A stretch of DNA of 64,000 bases from Bacteroidota bacterium (GTDB lineage Bacteria; Bacteroidota; JABWAT01), in NCBI GenBank assembly GCA_023151185.1, contig JAKLJL010000010.1, forward strand, positions 64,001 through 128,000, written 5' to 3'. The notes under the pieces were generated by a model, which worked only from the letters and a program-made list of their open reading frames with translations, searched no databases and was not told the DNA's origin. The position numbers and the translations under genes are program-made. Of this stretch, positions 28,303-39,500 are shown in pieces. Position 1 is the first letter of the stretch. Each line of letters opens with the position of its first letter.

Positions 28303-31300
28303 TTACTTAACAGGGTAGGGAGGCGGTGGCGGAATGGTTTTTTCCTGAGTTTTCAGATCGTTCAGAATAACTTCAATGGCTTTATCCAGCTGGTCATCCT
28401 GGCCGGCAAATTCCCGTGCCGGATCGTTATCCACAACAATATCCGGCTCGACGCCATATCCTTCCATAATCCACTCTTTTCCTTCAACATCGTACCTCGA
28501 GAATTCAGGACGGTTCAGAATTCCTCCGTCAGTGAACGGAAGTGTTCCCCGGATGCCGACAACCCCGCCCCAGGTTCTTTTTCCGATGACTTTACCCAGT
28601 TTGTAGTGCTTGAACCGGTAGGTGAAAATATCGCCGTCACTTGCCGAAAATTCATCACACAGAGCCACTTTCGGTCCCCAGATCATTTCATCCGGGTTGG
28701 TGCCCGGAACTCCATTCCGTGAAATAGTGATCATGGCAATTTCCCGGCGAAGCCGTTCAATCAGCATGGGGGAAACATTTCCGCCGCCGTTTCCTCTGAC
28801 ATCAATGATCAGGGCCTTTTTGCTGAGTTGGGGGTAAAAATGCTTTACAAATTCATTCAGGCCGGCAGGTCCCATATCCGGAACGTGAATGTACCCCACT
28901 TTTCCGTTTGTTGCTTTAGTTACTTTTTCAATATTTTTCTGAACCATGGCGTAATAATTCAGATCCTGTTCATCCGGAACAGGAAGAACAATTACCTCAC
29001 GGCTTCCCTGAAAATCCGGTTTGGTATTAACCGTCAGGGTCACCTGCTGGCCCACCGTTCCGATCAGGCTTTCGTAAATGTTTTTCATTTCCTTCACCGG
29101 TTTACCGTTCACAGCCAGAATAAAATCACCGGTTTTTACATTCACCCCAAGTTCAGTAAGAGGCGACCGCAGTGACTTGTTCCAGTTTTCCCCTTCAAAA
29201 ATCCGGGTGATTTGGTAGAATCCGGAAGCATCCCGTTTCAATTCGGCACCAAGCTGGCCGGTTTTAATCCGTGGTGCGGCAGGGCTGTCACCTCCGCCGA
29301 CATAGGCATGGCCGATGTTAAGTTCGGAAACCATTTCACCCAGAATATAGGTCAGATCCAGCCGGTTATTGACATAAGGAAGCAGGGCGGCATATTTTTC
29401 TTTCACGCCTTTCCAGTCAACACCGTGCATATTGGGAGCAAAGAGAAAGTCCCGCATCTGCCGCCAGTTTTCATTGAAAATCTGAACCCATTCTGCCCTG
29501 CGGTCCAGGGAGACTTTCAGTTGGGACAGATTCAGCGGATCCGAAAAGTCAGTTTTTCCCGTAGGAAGTGAAGTCAGAAAATAGCTTCCATTTTTTCCAA
29601 CCAGAATTTTCGTCCGGTCAGCAGAAAGTTCGAATCCGCCGGCCTCCCCAATCTGGGTTTCTTTTTGGGCTGTGAGGTCAAACATCAGCATAACCGGACT
29701 TTCGTCCTTGCTGCCCTGGCGGATGTAAAACAGTTTATCGCCTGCACTTTGCAGATTCCGGTACGAAGAGGAGGCAACCGGAAGTCCAACAATCCGGTCG
29801 GTAATTCCATCCAGATCAACCTGAGTTCCTGGAGGCTGGATTTCTTTTTTCGCTTCTTCCTTTTTCCCATCTGTTTTAACTGCCGTTTCATCACTTTTTG
29901 GTTTAAACGGGGATTCTGTTGAAGCTGAAAGGGTGATCAGATAAATCCGGCTCATATCCTGATAGGCATGATTCCATTCAGTCCAGGAATAAACCGGGTT
30001 GAAATCACGGCTGGAAGTGAAGAACAGATATTTTCCGTCAGAACTGAAAACCGGATTTCCTGAGGCATACCAGCCATCGGTTACCGGGACCGGTTTTCCG
30101 GAGGCGAGTGAAAACAGGTAAACCCGGCTCATGGATTCCTGTTCCTGCTGCGAGTAGGCAATCCATTTGCTGTCGGGTGACCAGTCAAATTCAGTAATCT
30201 CCCAGACCGCGCTTTGGGTAACTTCAGAAACGGCCCTTGAGTCAATATCCACATATCTGAGTCTCTGAAGCCGGTCTGACCAGAGAATCTTTTTGCTGTC
30301 GGGTGACCACCTCAGTTCATATTTGTAAGTATCCGAGTTTTTGGTGATCTGGACAGGAGTTCCTTTTCCATCCGGTGATATCAGATAAATCTCATCCTCA
30401 CCGGTTGCATCCCCGACATAGGCAATCCACTTTCCGTCAGGAGACCATTTTGAATTCCGTTCATGAACGCCTGAGGTCTGTGTCAGATTTCTGACAGACC
30501 CATTTTTGGCAGGAACCGTGAAAACATCACCTCTGGCACCTAAAAGAGCCCGGTTTCCATCGGGTGAAATTTCGAAATTGGTTACTGATTTGCTTACGTC
30601 CACGATTCCGTTCCGCTGAATTGCGCCATCATCCTGAATCCGGACGGACAGTTTTTTCAGGGTTTCGGTTTTAAAATCGACCGTGTACAGGTAGCCACCG
30701 TTTTCAAAAATGACCGATTCATTTCCGGCAGATGGAAACTTAATGTCAAAATCCCTGAAAGAGGTAAGTTTCCGGGTTGATCTGGTATCGGTTTCATAAA
30801 CGTACAGATTGAACCGTTTATTTTCATCCCGGTCAGAGAGGAAGTAAATTTTATTTCCCCGCCACATCGGAATAATATCGGAGGCAGGATTGGAGGTAAT
30901 ATTGAGGGTTTCTCTGGTTTTAAAGTCATAAATCCAGATATCATCTGCCATACCGCCCCGGTACCGTTTCCAGGTTCTGAATTCTCTGAAAACCCGGTTA
31001 TAAGCCAGTTTGGCGTTATCGGGTGAGTAAGAGGCAAACCCGCCTCTGGGCAGGGGAAGTTTTTCGGGGATATCGCCCTTCAGGGTTGCCAGATATAACT
31101 GCCCCTTAAAATCATTTGGTTCACTCATTCTGGATCTGAAGAGGATAGACTGGTTGTCAGATTTCCAGTCCAGTACGATGTTGTTGGGCCCCATCCGGTC
31201 ACTGACATCATCACGGTCAAGAGTTGGAGTAATGGTGACTCTGACCGGAAGTCCGCCTTCCGCAGGGATTACATAGACTTCGGTATTTCCGTCGTATTGC

Positions 31301-31536
31301 CCGGAAAAGGCAATTTTCTTTCCATCCGGAGAGAACCGGGCAAAGAGTTCATTCCCGATGTGAGATGTCAGTTTACGGGCAATTCCACCCTCAGAAGAGA
31401 CGGTATAAAGGTCGCCGGCGTAGGTGAACACGACCTGATTTCCGTGAATTGCCGGAAATCTGAGCAACCGGGCCTCTTCCTGCCCGAAAGCAGGAAAAGC
31501 AGCAGCAAATACAAGCAGGAGCCAGAAACGAGACAT
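28303..31536 (-). CDS. Tricorn protease homolog (TolB-like beta-propeller + PDZ + S41 peptidase)
   Basis: The 1077-aa ORF has a signal peptide and the tricorn N-terminus (LLRFPAIHGNQVVFTYAGDLY). Its S41 catalytic region includes GYIHVPDMG and IIDVRGNGGG. Confidence 0.85.
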   Translation of the reverse strand: MSRFWLLLVFAAAFPAFGQEEARLLRFPAIHGNQVVFTYAGDLYTVSSEGGIARKLTSHIGNELFARFSPDGKKIAFSGQYDGNTEVYVIPAEGGLPVRVTITPTLDRDDVSDRMGPNNIVLDWKSDNQSILFRSRMSEPNDFKGQLYLATLKGDIPEKLPLPRGGFASYSPDNAKLAYNRVFREFRTWKRYRGGMADDIWIYDFKTRETLNITSNPASDIIPMWRGNKIYFLSDRDENKRFNLYVYETDTRSTRKLTSFRDFDIKFPSAGNESVIFENGGYLYTVDFKTETLKKLSVRIQDDGAIQRNGIVDVSKSVTNFEISPDGNRALLGARGDVFTVPAKNGSVRNLTQTSGVHERNSKWSPDGKWIAYVGDATGEDEIYLISPDGKGTPVQITKNSDTYKYELRWSPDSKKILWSDRLQRLRYVDIDSRAVSEVTQSAVWEITEFDWSPDSKWIAYSQQEQESMSRVYLFSLASGKPVPVTDGWYASGNPVFSSDGKYLFFTSSRDFNPVYSWTEWNHAYQDMSRIYLITLSASTESPFKPKSDETAVKTDGKKEEAKKEIQPPGTQVDLDGITDRIVGLPVASSSYRNLQSAGDKLFYIRQGSKDESPVMLMFDLTAQKETQIGEAGGFELSADRTKILVGKNGSYFLTSLPTGKTDFSDPLNLSQLKVSLDRRAEWVQIFNENWRQMRDFLFAPNMHGVDWKGVKEKYAALLPYVNNRLDLTYILGEMVSELNIGHAYVGGGDSPAAPRIKTGQLGAELKRDASGFYQITRIFEGENWNKSLRSPLTELGVNVKTGDFILAVNGKPVKEMKNIYESLIGTVGQQVTLTVNTKPDFQGSREVIVLPVPDEQDLNYYAMVQKNIEKVTKATNGKVGYIHVPDMGPAGLNEFVKHFYPQLSKKALIIDVRGNGGGNVSPMLIERLRREIAMITISRNGVPGTNPDEMIWGPKVALCDEFSASDGDIFTYRFKHYKLGKVIGKRTWGGVVGIRGTLPFTDGGILNRPEFSRYDVEGKEWIMEGYGVEPDIVVDNDPAREFAGQDDQLDKAIEVILNDLKTQEKTIPPPPPYPVK

Positions 31537-31695
31537 AAGTTATCCTTCTTTTTGTGATGATTCTGTTAAAGTTTTAAGGAATGATTGCGATTTTGTCTTA
31601 TTTGTGTCAATAAAAATCCGAAACCGGATTTTGGGTTGAAAAAATATTTTCTTCTACGGATGTTTATCCGGCAAAGTTACTGACCGGGGCCCGTA

Positions 31696-32154
31696 ATGAC
31701 TTTAATTCTCCTTAACCCTGACTGGCTGACGGACCTGGTATCCCAGGCGGGCTGGATGGGGCTGGCTGCCGGAAGCTTTTTATGTGCAACATTGCTTCCA
31801 TTTTCTTCTGAGGTTCTTTACCAGGGCTGGATTTTCTACGGGCAGCCGGCCGGTTTGGGATTCTTCGCTGCATCAGCCGGAAATTGTGCCGGTATATCTT
31901 TGAATTACGGGATGGGATTTTGGGCTTCCGGGCGGGACTTTTTGCCCGAACGGGTCCGGATTGCGACTGTGAAAACAGGCCCCTGGATCCGGAAATATGG
32001 AACCGGCGCCTTGTTTTTATCCGTTTTACCGGTTATTGGTGATCCTGTCACTCTGGCTGCGGGATATTTCAGAATCCGGATTTTCTGGTTTGCCCTGATT
32101 GGGTTTGGCCTCCGGATCCTGAGGTACGGGCTGATACTGGTTTTTAATTTCTGA
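31696..32154 (+). CDS. YqaA/DedA-related small membrane protein
   Basis: It has 4 transmembrane segments and a VIGDPVTLAAGY motif, similar to the YqaA family. Confidence 0.55.
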   Translation: MTLILLNPDWLTDLVSQAGWMGLAAGSFLCATLLPFSSEVLYQGWIFYGQPAGLGFFAASAGNCAGISLNYGMGFWASGRDFLPERVRIATVKTGPWIRKYGTGALFLSVLPVIGDPVTLAAGYFRIRIFWFALIGFGLRILRYGLILVFNF

Positions 32155-32236
32155 AGTCCGGTCAAATTTGAGGTCTGCATCAACTCAGATCTTCGGTCAG
32201 TTTGGTATTTTTGTTGTCTGCTCCCAAGGAGGTTTG

Positions 32237-33214
32237 ATGAAACCCACAACACCTGCCGGAGTTTTTCTGGCACTCTTTTTTTTCCTTCCATCCTGCTCCA
32301 CAATCGAACTGAAAAGCACCGAAAGCGGTTCCAACGGCCCGGTTAAGACTATTACCGTTACCCGGCACCAGTATAATTTCGGTGAACCCGACCCGGCCGG
32401 ATCTGTAGTTGAAAAGCAGGAATTCGATGTCCACGGTAATCTGGTCTCTCACCGGACGTTCGATGAAGCCGGAACCATGAAAACCCACACGTCCTATATT
32501 TATGATTATCTTCACCGGTTACTTGAGACCCGGTTTTATAACTCTGAACGCCGTCTTGAAAGCCGGATTGTCCTGAAGTATGACGAACTTGGCAGACACA
32601 TCAAGGATACCGAGTATGACGCCTTCGGCAATGTGAAAAATGCAGAAATAATCAGGTACAATGAAGACGGTAAAATTTCTGAAACCGTTTATTATGCCAT
32701 TGACGGCTCGGTACTCTGGAAAACCTTGTTTATCTGGTCAGATGGCGGGCAGCGGCTCGAAAAAAGAACTGTTGAAGGCGATGGGCGGATCACTGAAAAG
32801 GAAGTTTTGAAATTTAACAAAGCCGGTAAAGTTACCGAACAGTTCGAGTACTTTGGCGGCGGGAACATTCGCCAGATCATGGCCTGGCAGTATAATGATC
32901 AGGGCAACCGGACGGTGGAGGAATGCTACAATCCCAACGGTGAACTGGTTTACCAGTTAAAGTTCTTTTACAACAGCTCCGGCAAACTCATGAGAACCAA
33001 CCGGGAGCTTCCTGACGGCAAAGTTGAGGTTCAGGCTATTAATTTTTATAACGGCAACGGTCTGGTCTCCCGCAAGGATCTGAGCAGCGGAACCGGCTTC
33101 CGGAAAGAAACCTTTTCCTATGACCGGAACGGAAATAAAACTCAATGGGTCCGGTTTGACCCGGTTCTGGATGAACCGGTCGAAATGACAACTTACAGCT
33201 ACGAGTTTCACTGA
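32237..33214 (+). CDS. YD-repeat-like lipoprotein
   Basis: The ATG at 32237 is preceded by AAGGAGG. The product has a lipoprotein signal (LALFFFLPSC) and repeated Y(D/N)xxGxx units (YDELGRH, YNEDGKI, YNDQGNR, YNSSGKL, YNGNGLV, YDRNGNK). Confidence 0.6.
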   Translation: MKPTTPAGVFLALFFFLPSCSTIELKSTESGSNGPVKTITVTRHQYNFGEPDPAGSVVEKQEFDVHGNLVSHRTFDEAGTMKTHTSYIYDYLHRLLETRFYNSERRLESRIVLKYDELGRHIKDTEYDAFGNVKNAEIIRYNEDGKISETVYYAIDGSVLWKTLFIWSDGGQRLEKRTVEGDGRITEKEVLKFNKAGKVTEQFEYFGGGNIRQIMAWQYNDQGNRTVEECYNPNGELVYQLKFFYNSSGKLMRTNRELPDGKVEVQAINFYNGNGLVSRKDLSSGTGFRKETFSYDRNGNKTQWVRFDPVLDEPVEMTTYSYEFH

Positions 33215-33353
33215 GTGATTCGCCCCGTTCCGGGAAGAGAATGCTCCCCGGAATGCATTCCCGGCATCCTGTGCCGATACCCGTTTTTTTCCTGAATTCC
33301 CGTTTTACCCGGAATGGTTGCATCTTTGCAGATTAACTTCTGAAAGCACAGGT

Positions 33354-34538
33354 ATGAGTACACTGCCCCGGGTTGTTCTTCACAAAGGCAAAGAGAAAAA
33401 GGCACGGAATGCCTATCCGTTTATTTTCAGGGATGAAATCGGCGGATGGGAACCCAGACCGATGCCCGGTGACTGGGTAGAAGTTTCTGACTATGAAGGC
33501 AACCTGATCGGGGTCGGATATGCCAATCCCAAATGCAGTCTGGCCGTCAGACTGATGGAACTTGGGGTCAGGGAGCCATCGCCGGATCTTTGGTTCCGCC
33601 GGCTGGAACAGGCGGTTTCACGGCGGATGAACCTGATGAAAACGACCGGTGCCTGCCGGTTGGTTCATGCTGAGGCTGATTTCCTTCCGGGGTTGATAGT
33701 TGACCGGATCGGCGATTATGCTGTCCTGCAAAGCCGGACAGCCGGAACCGACAGGGTTAAAACTGAAATTGCCCGGCATCTGATGACTCTGCTTCCCCTG
33801 AAAGGAGTTTATGAACGTTCAGATATGCCGTCCCGGGAAGAGGAAGGCCTTAAACCGGTAAAAGGACTTCTTGCAGGTACAGAGCCGGAAGGAAAAATTG
33901 AGATTTCTGAAAACGGAGTCCGGTTCTGGGCAGACCCGGTCAGCGGACATAAGACCGGATACTATGCCGACCAGCGTGAAAACCGCCAGAAACTGGTTTC
34001 TCTGCTGCCGGCCGGGGCCCGGGTGCTCGATTTGTTTTGCTATAACGGAGGGTTTTCTCTTTTCGCTTCAGAAAAGGCCGGTTCTGTTCTGGGTCTTGAT
34101 CTTGATCCGGCAGCAATAAAACTGGCAGAGGAAAATGCTGTACTGAACGGTTTTACCAATCTCCGTTTCGAAGCGGCGGATGTATTTGCCTGGCTTGAAG
34201 AAGCTGTAAAAAAGCAGGAAAAATGGGATGTCATTATTATTGATCCGCCGGCGATGGCGAAGAAAAAAGAAAAAGCAGACAATGAGAAATGGATGTTCTG
34301 GCGGCTGATCAAGGGAGCCCTTGAAATTGCCTCTCCCGGGGCACTCCTTGTGGTCTCAAGCTGTGCCTACCACCTGTCCCAGCAGCAATTGTTCGAGGCC
34401 GCCCGGTTTGCAGCAGGCGATGTTCTGAAAACCCTCCGGATTCTGGATGTCACCTTTCAGCCTGAAGACCATCCCTGGGTTCTTCAGATCCCGGAATCTC
34501 TCTACCTGAAAACTTTTTTCTTCCGGCTGGAATCCTGA
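33354..34538 (+). CDS. rlmI: 23S rRNA (cytosine-C5) methyltransferase RlmI-like (PUA + class I SAM MTase)
   Basis: The N-terminus (PRVVLHKGKEKKARNAYPFIFRDEI) is typical of RlmI/YccW, and the SAM-binding block VLDLFCYNGGFS and the IIDPP motif follow. Confidence 0.8.
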   Translation: MSTLPRVVLHKGKEKKARNAYPFIFRDEIGGWEPRPMPGDWVEVSDYEGNLIGVGYANPKCSLAVRLMELGVREPSPDLWFRRLEQAVSRRMNLMKTTGACRLVHAEADFLPGLIVDRIGDYAVLQSRTAGTDRVKTEIARHLMTLLPLKGVYERSDMPSREEEGLKPVKGLLAGTEPEGKIEISENGVRFWADPVSGHKTGYYADQRENRQKLVSLLPAGARVLDLFCYNGGFSLFASEKAGSVLGLDLDPAAIKLAEENAVLNGFTNLRFEAADVFAWLEEAVKKQEKWDVIIIDPPAMAKKKEKADNEKWMFWRLIKGALEIASPGALLVVSSCAYHLSQQQLFEAARFAAGDVLKTLRILDVTFQPEDHPWVLQIPESLYLKTFFFRLES

Positions 34539-34548
34539 TGGGAAACGA

Positions 34549-36528
34549 ATGAATCTACCTTCCTTTTTTTCTTTCTCAGGTTTCAGAAAGGATCTTTCGG
34601 TTCCGGTTTACCTGATTTCCGAATATCTGATCATTCTCGGGATTTTATCGGGAATCCGGGTGGCCTTTTTCCTTTTTCACTCCGGATTCTGGCAGGAGGT
34701 TCCGGCAGCCGACTTGTTTACAGCTTTCGGAATCGGGATCTGGTTCGATTCGGTTGTGGCCTGTTACATTCTGGCTCTTCCTGCTTTGCTTCTTTTTCTG
34801 CCGGTAAAGGCCCATACCGACAGAATTCTGCTGACTGCCCGGACCTTGATCTCGGTTCTGACGGTCGTTGTTATGGTCATGAGCCTGGCCGATATCCGGT
34901 ATTATGAATTTTTCGGCAACCATCTCGATCATTTTGCTTTTGACTATCTGGACTCTCCGGGTGATGTGATCCCGATGCTCTGGCAGCAGTTTCCGGTGAT
35001 TGGCTATTTCATTTTTATTGGTAGTCTTGTTTCAGTTTATCTGTACATCCGCCACATCCGGCTGAATCTGAAACCGGCTGTTTATCCCAGATCCCACCTG
35101 AATCTGAGTTCAGTAACTGTCGTAACCGGAACCCTGCTGCTGCTTTTTATTGGAATCCGGGGAAAAGTAACCTCTATCCCGATCCAATGGGGAGATGCCT
35201 TTGTAACAGAATCCGAATTTGCCAACCAGCTCGGTTTAAGCCCGGCATTTACCTTTTTCAATGCATTGGCTGAAGAAAAAGAATGGCAGGTTTATTTTTC
35301 CGGCCGCAAGGATCTGGACCGGATTTTAAAACAGGCAGTTGTATTACCCGGTGACCAGCCAGCCGGGACCGATAATCCGCTTGACAGGACTCTGACCGGC
35401 CGTGGATTGATCCAGGGAAAACCCAACCTGATTTTTATCATTCTGGAAAGCTGGCGGGCTGATATGACCGGTTGTCTGGGAGATTCAACCCGGCTCACAC
35501 CAGTGTTTGACAGCCTGGCTGCAGAAGGAATCCTGTTTGAACAGTTTTATGCTTCGGGAATCCGGTCGAACCGGGGAATTCTTTCGGTTGTTTCTTCCTT
35601 CCCGGGCTACCGGGGTGGCAGCATGATGAAAAAAGTCAGCGGGCTGACTGAGTTCCCGACAGCAGCTTCGATTCTGAAACCGTATGGCTGGGTATCCGCT
35701 TCGTTTATCTATGGCGGCGATCAGACGTTTGACAACATGAAATCCTTCCTGAAGACTAACGGATTTGACCGGTTTACGGGTGTGGAGTCCTTTTCTGAAG
35801 CTGAATTCGGCAGTCATTGGGGTGCTTCTGACCGGGCCCTGTTTAAAAAAGCAGCCATCGAACTGGAAAGTTATCCGGAACCCTTTATTTCCCTGATTTT
35901 CACTCTTACTACCCACGAACCGTTTACTTACCCGCCTGATCTGAAGGAAACCGGGAAGGCAGCCGGAACTGAACGGGAACGTTTTTACAATCTGGTAGCC
36001 TATTCGGATGCAGCGTTGGGTGACTTTTTTACTTCCATCAGAAGCAAACCGTATTTTAAAAATTCAGTTTTTATCATTTGTGCGGATCACACCAAGAAGT
36101 TCAGCGACCCGGGACTTTCTTCAGAACGGTTTCATATTCCTGCCCTGATTTACTCTCCGCTTCTGGCGGATCTGAAAGGAACCCGGATTTCACAACCGGC
36201 CGGCCATCCTGATCTTCTCCCGACCGTTTTAGGATTTCTGGATGGGAAGTTCCGGGTGAATTCATGGGGCCGGGATGTTTTCAGAACCGACAGGAACACA
36301 GCCTGGGCACAGTTTAATACCAATGAATTTTCCGGGCTTGTTTCGGGCGGGCAGATCCGGTATCTGAATTTGAAAAATGGTGAGTGCTTTTCAACTGATC
36401 TTGCAGGAAACCGGATCCCACAGCCGGAGAAAAACCAGGCTTCCAGGTTAGATTCGCTGAATAAGGCGATTACTCAGGGAAGTTTTGAATTGGTTTATGA
36501 AAAACGGAACGGGATCCGGAGAGACTAA
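34549..36528 (+). CDS. LTA synthase family protein (membrane-anchored sulfatase / phosphoglycerol transferase)
   Basis: It has 5 N-terminal transmembrane segments and an extracytoplasmic alkaline-phosphatase-superfamily domain (IFIILESWRAD, ICADHT). Confidence 0.8.
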   Translation: MNLPSFFSFSGFRKDLSVPVYLISEYLIILGILSGIRVAFFLFHSGFWQEVPAADLFTAFGIGIWFDSVVACYILALPALLLFLPVKAHTDRILLTARTLISVLTVVVMVMSLADIRYYEFFGNHLDHFAFDYLDSPGDVIPMLWQQFPVIGYFIFIGSLVSVYLYIRHIRLNLKPAVYPRSHLNLSSVTVVTGTLLLLFIGIRGKVTSIPIQWGDAFVTESEFANQLGLSPAFTFFNALAEEKEWQVYFSGRKDLDRILKQAVVLPGDQPAGTDNPLDRTLTGRGLIQGKPNLIFIILESWRADMTGCLGDSTRLTPVFDSLAAEGILFEQFYASGIRSNRGILSVVSSFPGYRGGSMMKKVSGLTEFPTAASILKPYGWVSASFIYGGDQTFDNMKSFLKTNGFDRFTGVESFSEAEFGSHWGASDRALFKKAAIELESYPEPFISLIFTLTTHEPFTYPPDLKETGKAAGTERERFYNLVAYSDAALGDFFTSIRSKPYFKNSVFIICADHTKKFSDPGLSSERFHIPALIYSPLLADLKGTRISQPAGHPDLLPTVLGFLDGKFRVNSWGRDVFRTDRNTAWAQFNTNEFSGLVSGGQIRYLNLKNGECFSTDLAGNRIPQPEKNQASRLDSLNKAITQGSFELVYEKRNGIRRD

Positions 36529-36581
36529 AAATTGGTCCTGAAAAATCCCCCGGAACCCGATCGGATTCCGGGGTACTTCTG

Positions 36582-39500
36582 TCACTTGAGCAACACCATC
36601 CGGATGGTTCCGGACTGTTGTTTCATGGAGATCGTAAGCCAGTACATTCCCGATGCCAGATGAGCACCGTTAAACCGGAACTGATAGCTTCCCGGGGCAG
36701 ATTTAACTTCATGGGAAGAGTAAACCTGTTGTCCCAAAACGTTAAAAACGTTGAAATTTACCAACCCGGCATCCGGAAGATGATAGGTAACGGTTGTTTC
36801 AGGGTTAAACGGATTCGGAAAATTCTGTTCAATCAGAAATCCGGCCGGTTTTTCCTCTGCCTGTTCGACAGAAACCGGGTAAAGCTGATTCCAGAGTTTT
36901 GCTTCAACAACCCGGTTGAACAGAACCCGGTGGCCTGCATTATTCAGATGGATTCCATCACCGGAATTGTACTTGTTGTTGATGGTTCCGTCTGCATTAG
37001 CCAGTTCGGTCCAGAAATCGACACAGTGATCCCCATAGCGGGCTATTGTCGAATCCCGCATGACCATCAGGAGATTTCGTTTTGCTGTATCCAGGTTTCT
37101 GGGTTGAGTTGTGGTGACCCAAACCGGGATATTATTGGCATCACAAATCGAATCCAGAACGGAGTAGTTTTTCAACTGGTCGGCTACTGAATACCCAAGA
37201 TTCGCATCATTTGACGGCAGGTTGATCAGGATTGCATCCGGATGGTAACTCAGGGCCTTGGTGATGTTATTGTTCACTTTCGGCGTTGGCCTTCCCGAAG
37301 GTGGAACAAAACCGGTTGGCATGACATCATAGGTCGTATACCCGCCGACAGCCAGATTGATCACCAGGGCGTCCTTGTCATAACTCTGGACATATTTCCT
37401 GAACCGGTTTACGTAGGCACTGTCTGCAACCGTTGGCCCGATTCCCGCAGAGGTTGAAGACCCGAGGATGACAATGGTTCTGAGTGAATCGTAATTGATT
37501 ATTTTTCCGCCGGTCATTCTCAGATCATCAATGAACCAGGTATGTGAAACCGCATCGGTCTGATCCTGAGCCCAGAAAATAGTTTTAATCCGGGTGAAAT
37601 CTGCAGCACCGGGTTTTGCCATAAAAGACTTGATCGGGATTCTGACTTTTTTCCAGGGAGATCCATCGGTTTCACTGACATAAGAAGCCCACGAAATTTT
37701 ATCGGATTTTTTATTACCCAGATCTTCCAGAAATAGTTTCGGATAGTTTACCGTATCCGTTTGATCTGTCATCAGCACTCTGAATTCAAGGAAATCCTTG
37801 CTGGTTGCATCATTGCCGACCCATCCGTCTGCGGCAGCAGCCATCATCCAGTCTCCGCCGGTTCCCGAGGTCCATTTCAGTTTCAGGCTGTAATTTCCCA
37901 GAAGGGCATGTTCAGCACTAACCGGGAATTTGCTTCCGTTCATGAGCTCAAGTGTGCTTGGGGCATTGGCAAATCCCCAGCTTGAATCCCAATATCCGGG
38001 TGCAGATCCGGCACTGAAGAAAACCAGATCCTGCTGGCCGCCGGTTGCCGCCGGTCGGATCTTAAACGGATTGTCACTTTCATCGCCGAAGTCAGGAAGC
38101 CCTTTAACCTGAATCCGGATCCGGCCATTGGATGTTGTATCCGCCGGAACTGTCCAGTTGAACGAAGTTTGGCTTCCGGAAACGCGGTCAGAGACCAGGT
38201 TCCAGTTCAGGCCGCCATCGGCTGAGTACCAGATTTCGAGTGAATCGGCTTCTTTTGCTGTGAAAAGAAGTTGTTTTTTGGATCCGGGAACCCAGGATTG
38301 ATACCCGTTGGGTGAGATAACTTTCACTTCGTATGGCGGATAGTGGATACTGAACGGACTGTCACTGGTATCTGAAACAGACGGATTTTGAAAGTCTGAA
38401 ATCCGGATGAACCCATTGTCGGTTTCATGAGCCGGAACGGTCCAGGTCAATTTTCCGGATTCTGACGGCAGACCGCTGGCCAGAATTTCCCAGGTTGCCA
38501 AGCTGTCATAGCTGGCTTCAACCGTTACCGAATCTACATTTTTTACACTCCAGATCAGGGTTACTTCCTCGCCAATCCGGAAGGCCTCACCACCTTTTGG
38601 GTTTACAACCGAGATAAAGGACGGGTCAGGTGGCGGAAGCACAATTGAAAAGGCGGCATCGGTGGTATCGGCATGTTTCGGTTTGGCCTCGTCGTAGATC
38701 CTGAGCCAGACCTGATCAGACAGGCTGTCGGGAATAATCCAGGAAAGAGTACCGGAACCTGCCGGCAGGGAATCAGCCAAAACGGACCAGGTTTCCCGGT
38801 TGTCATAACTGATTTCGATGGCCACGGTGTCAACCGCTTTGGCCGTCCAGGTGATATCAGTCGTATCGCCGGCGAAAAACTGCTCACCGCCGGTGGGATG
38901 TGTCAAAACAACTTCAGCGGTATCCGGTTCTGTGAGCTGGTACCAGAGAACCCGGTGATTATTGTAATCGGCAAGCCAGATCTGAGATACCTCAGGTGTT
39001 TCATGGACGTAGATGGCTCTTGGGGTTTTAAGATTGACTGCGGTGGTAAGGCCGGTGCCGGTTGTAAAGTCACTTTGACCTAAAACGTAATCGGCAGGGG
39101 CACCGTTACCCAGATTTTTGGCATCGTTGAAGATCATCACCCGGTTATTGGCTTCCTCAACAACATAGAGCCGGCCTTCCTGATCTCCCCAGACAAACCG
39201 GGTGGTTCCAAACTGGGTTTGTGTAACACCAGAGGCATTGCTGGTAAAATCAGGCTGACCGTAAACTGCATCTGCAGCTGCACCATTGGCCTTGTCTGCA
39301 GCAGAATTGTAGCGCAGAACCCGTTTGTTGGTGTAATCACTCACATACAGATTTCCGTCAGGATCGGTATAGACTGAGTTTGGATTAAACAGGTTGCCTG
39401 GCCCCACTGCGCCAGAACTGCTGGTAAAATCAGGTTGCCCGAACACCCCATCAGCGTTGGCTCCGTTTGCCAGGGTTGCGGCATTTTTATACCAGGTTAC

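Noticed and set aside
28376-29571. Plus-strand ORFs inside the tricorn protease gene
   Set aside because: They are shadow ORFs antisense to a 1077-aa gene with clear domain signatures.
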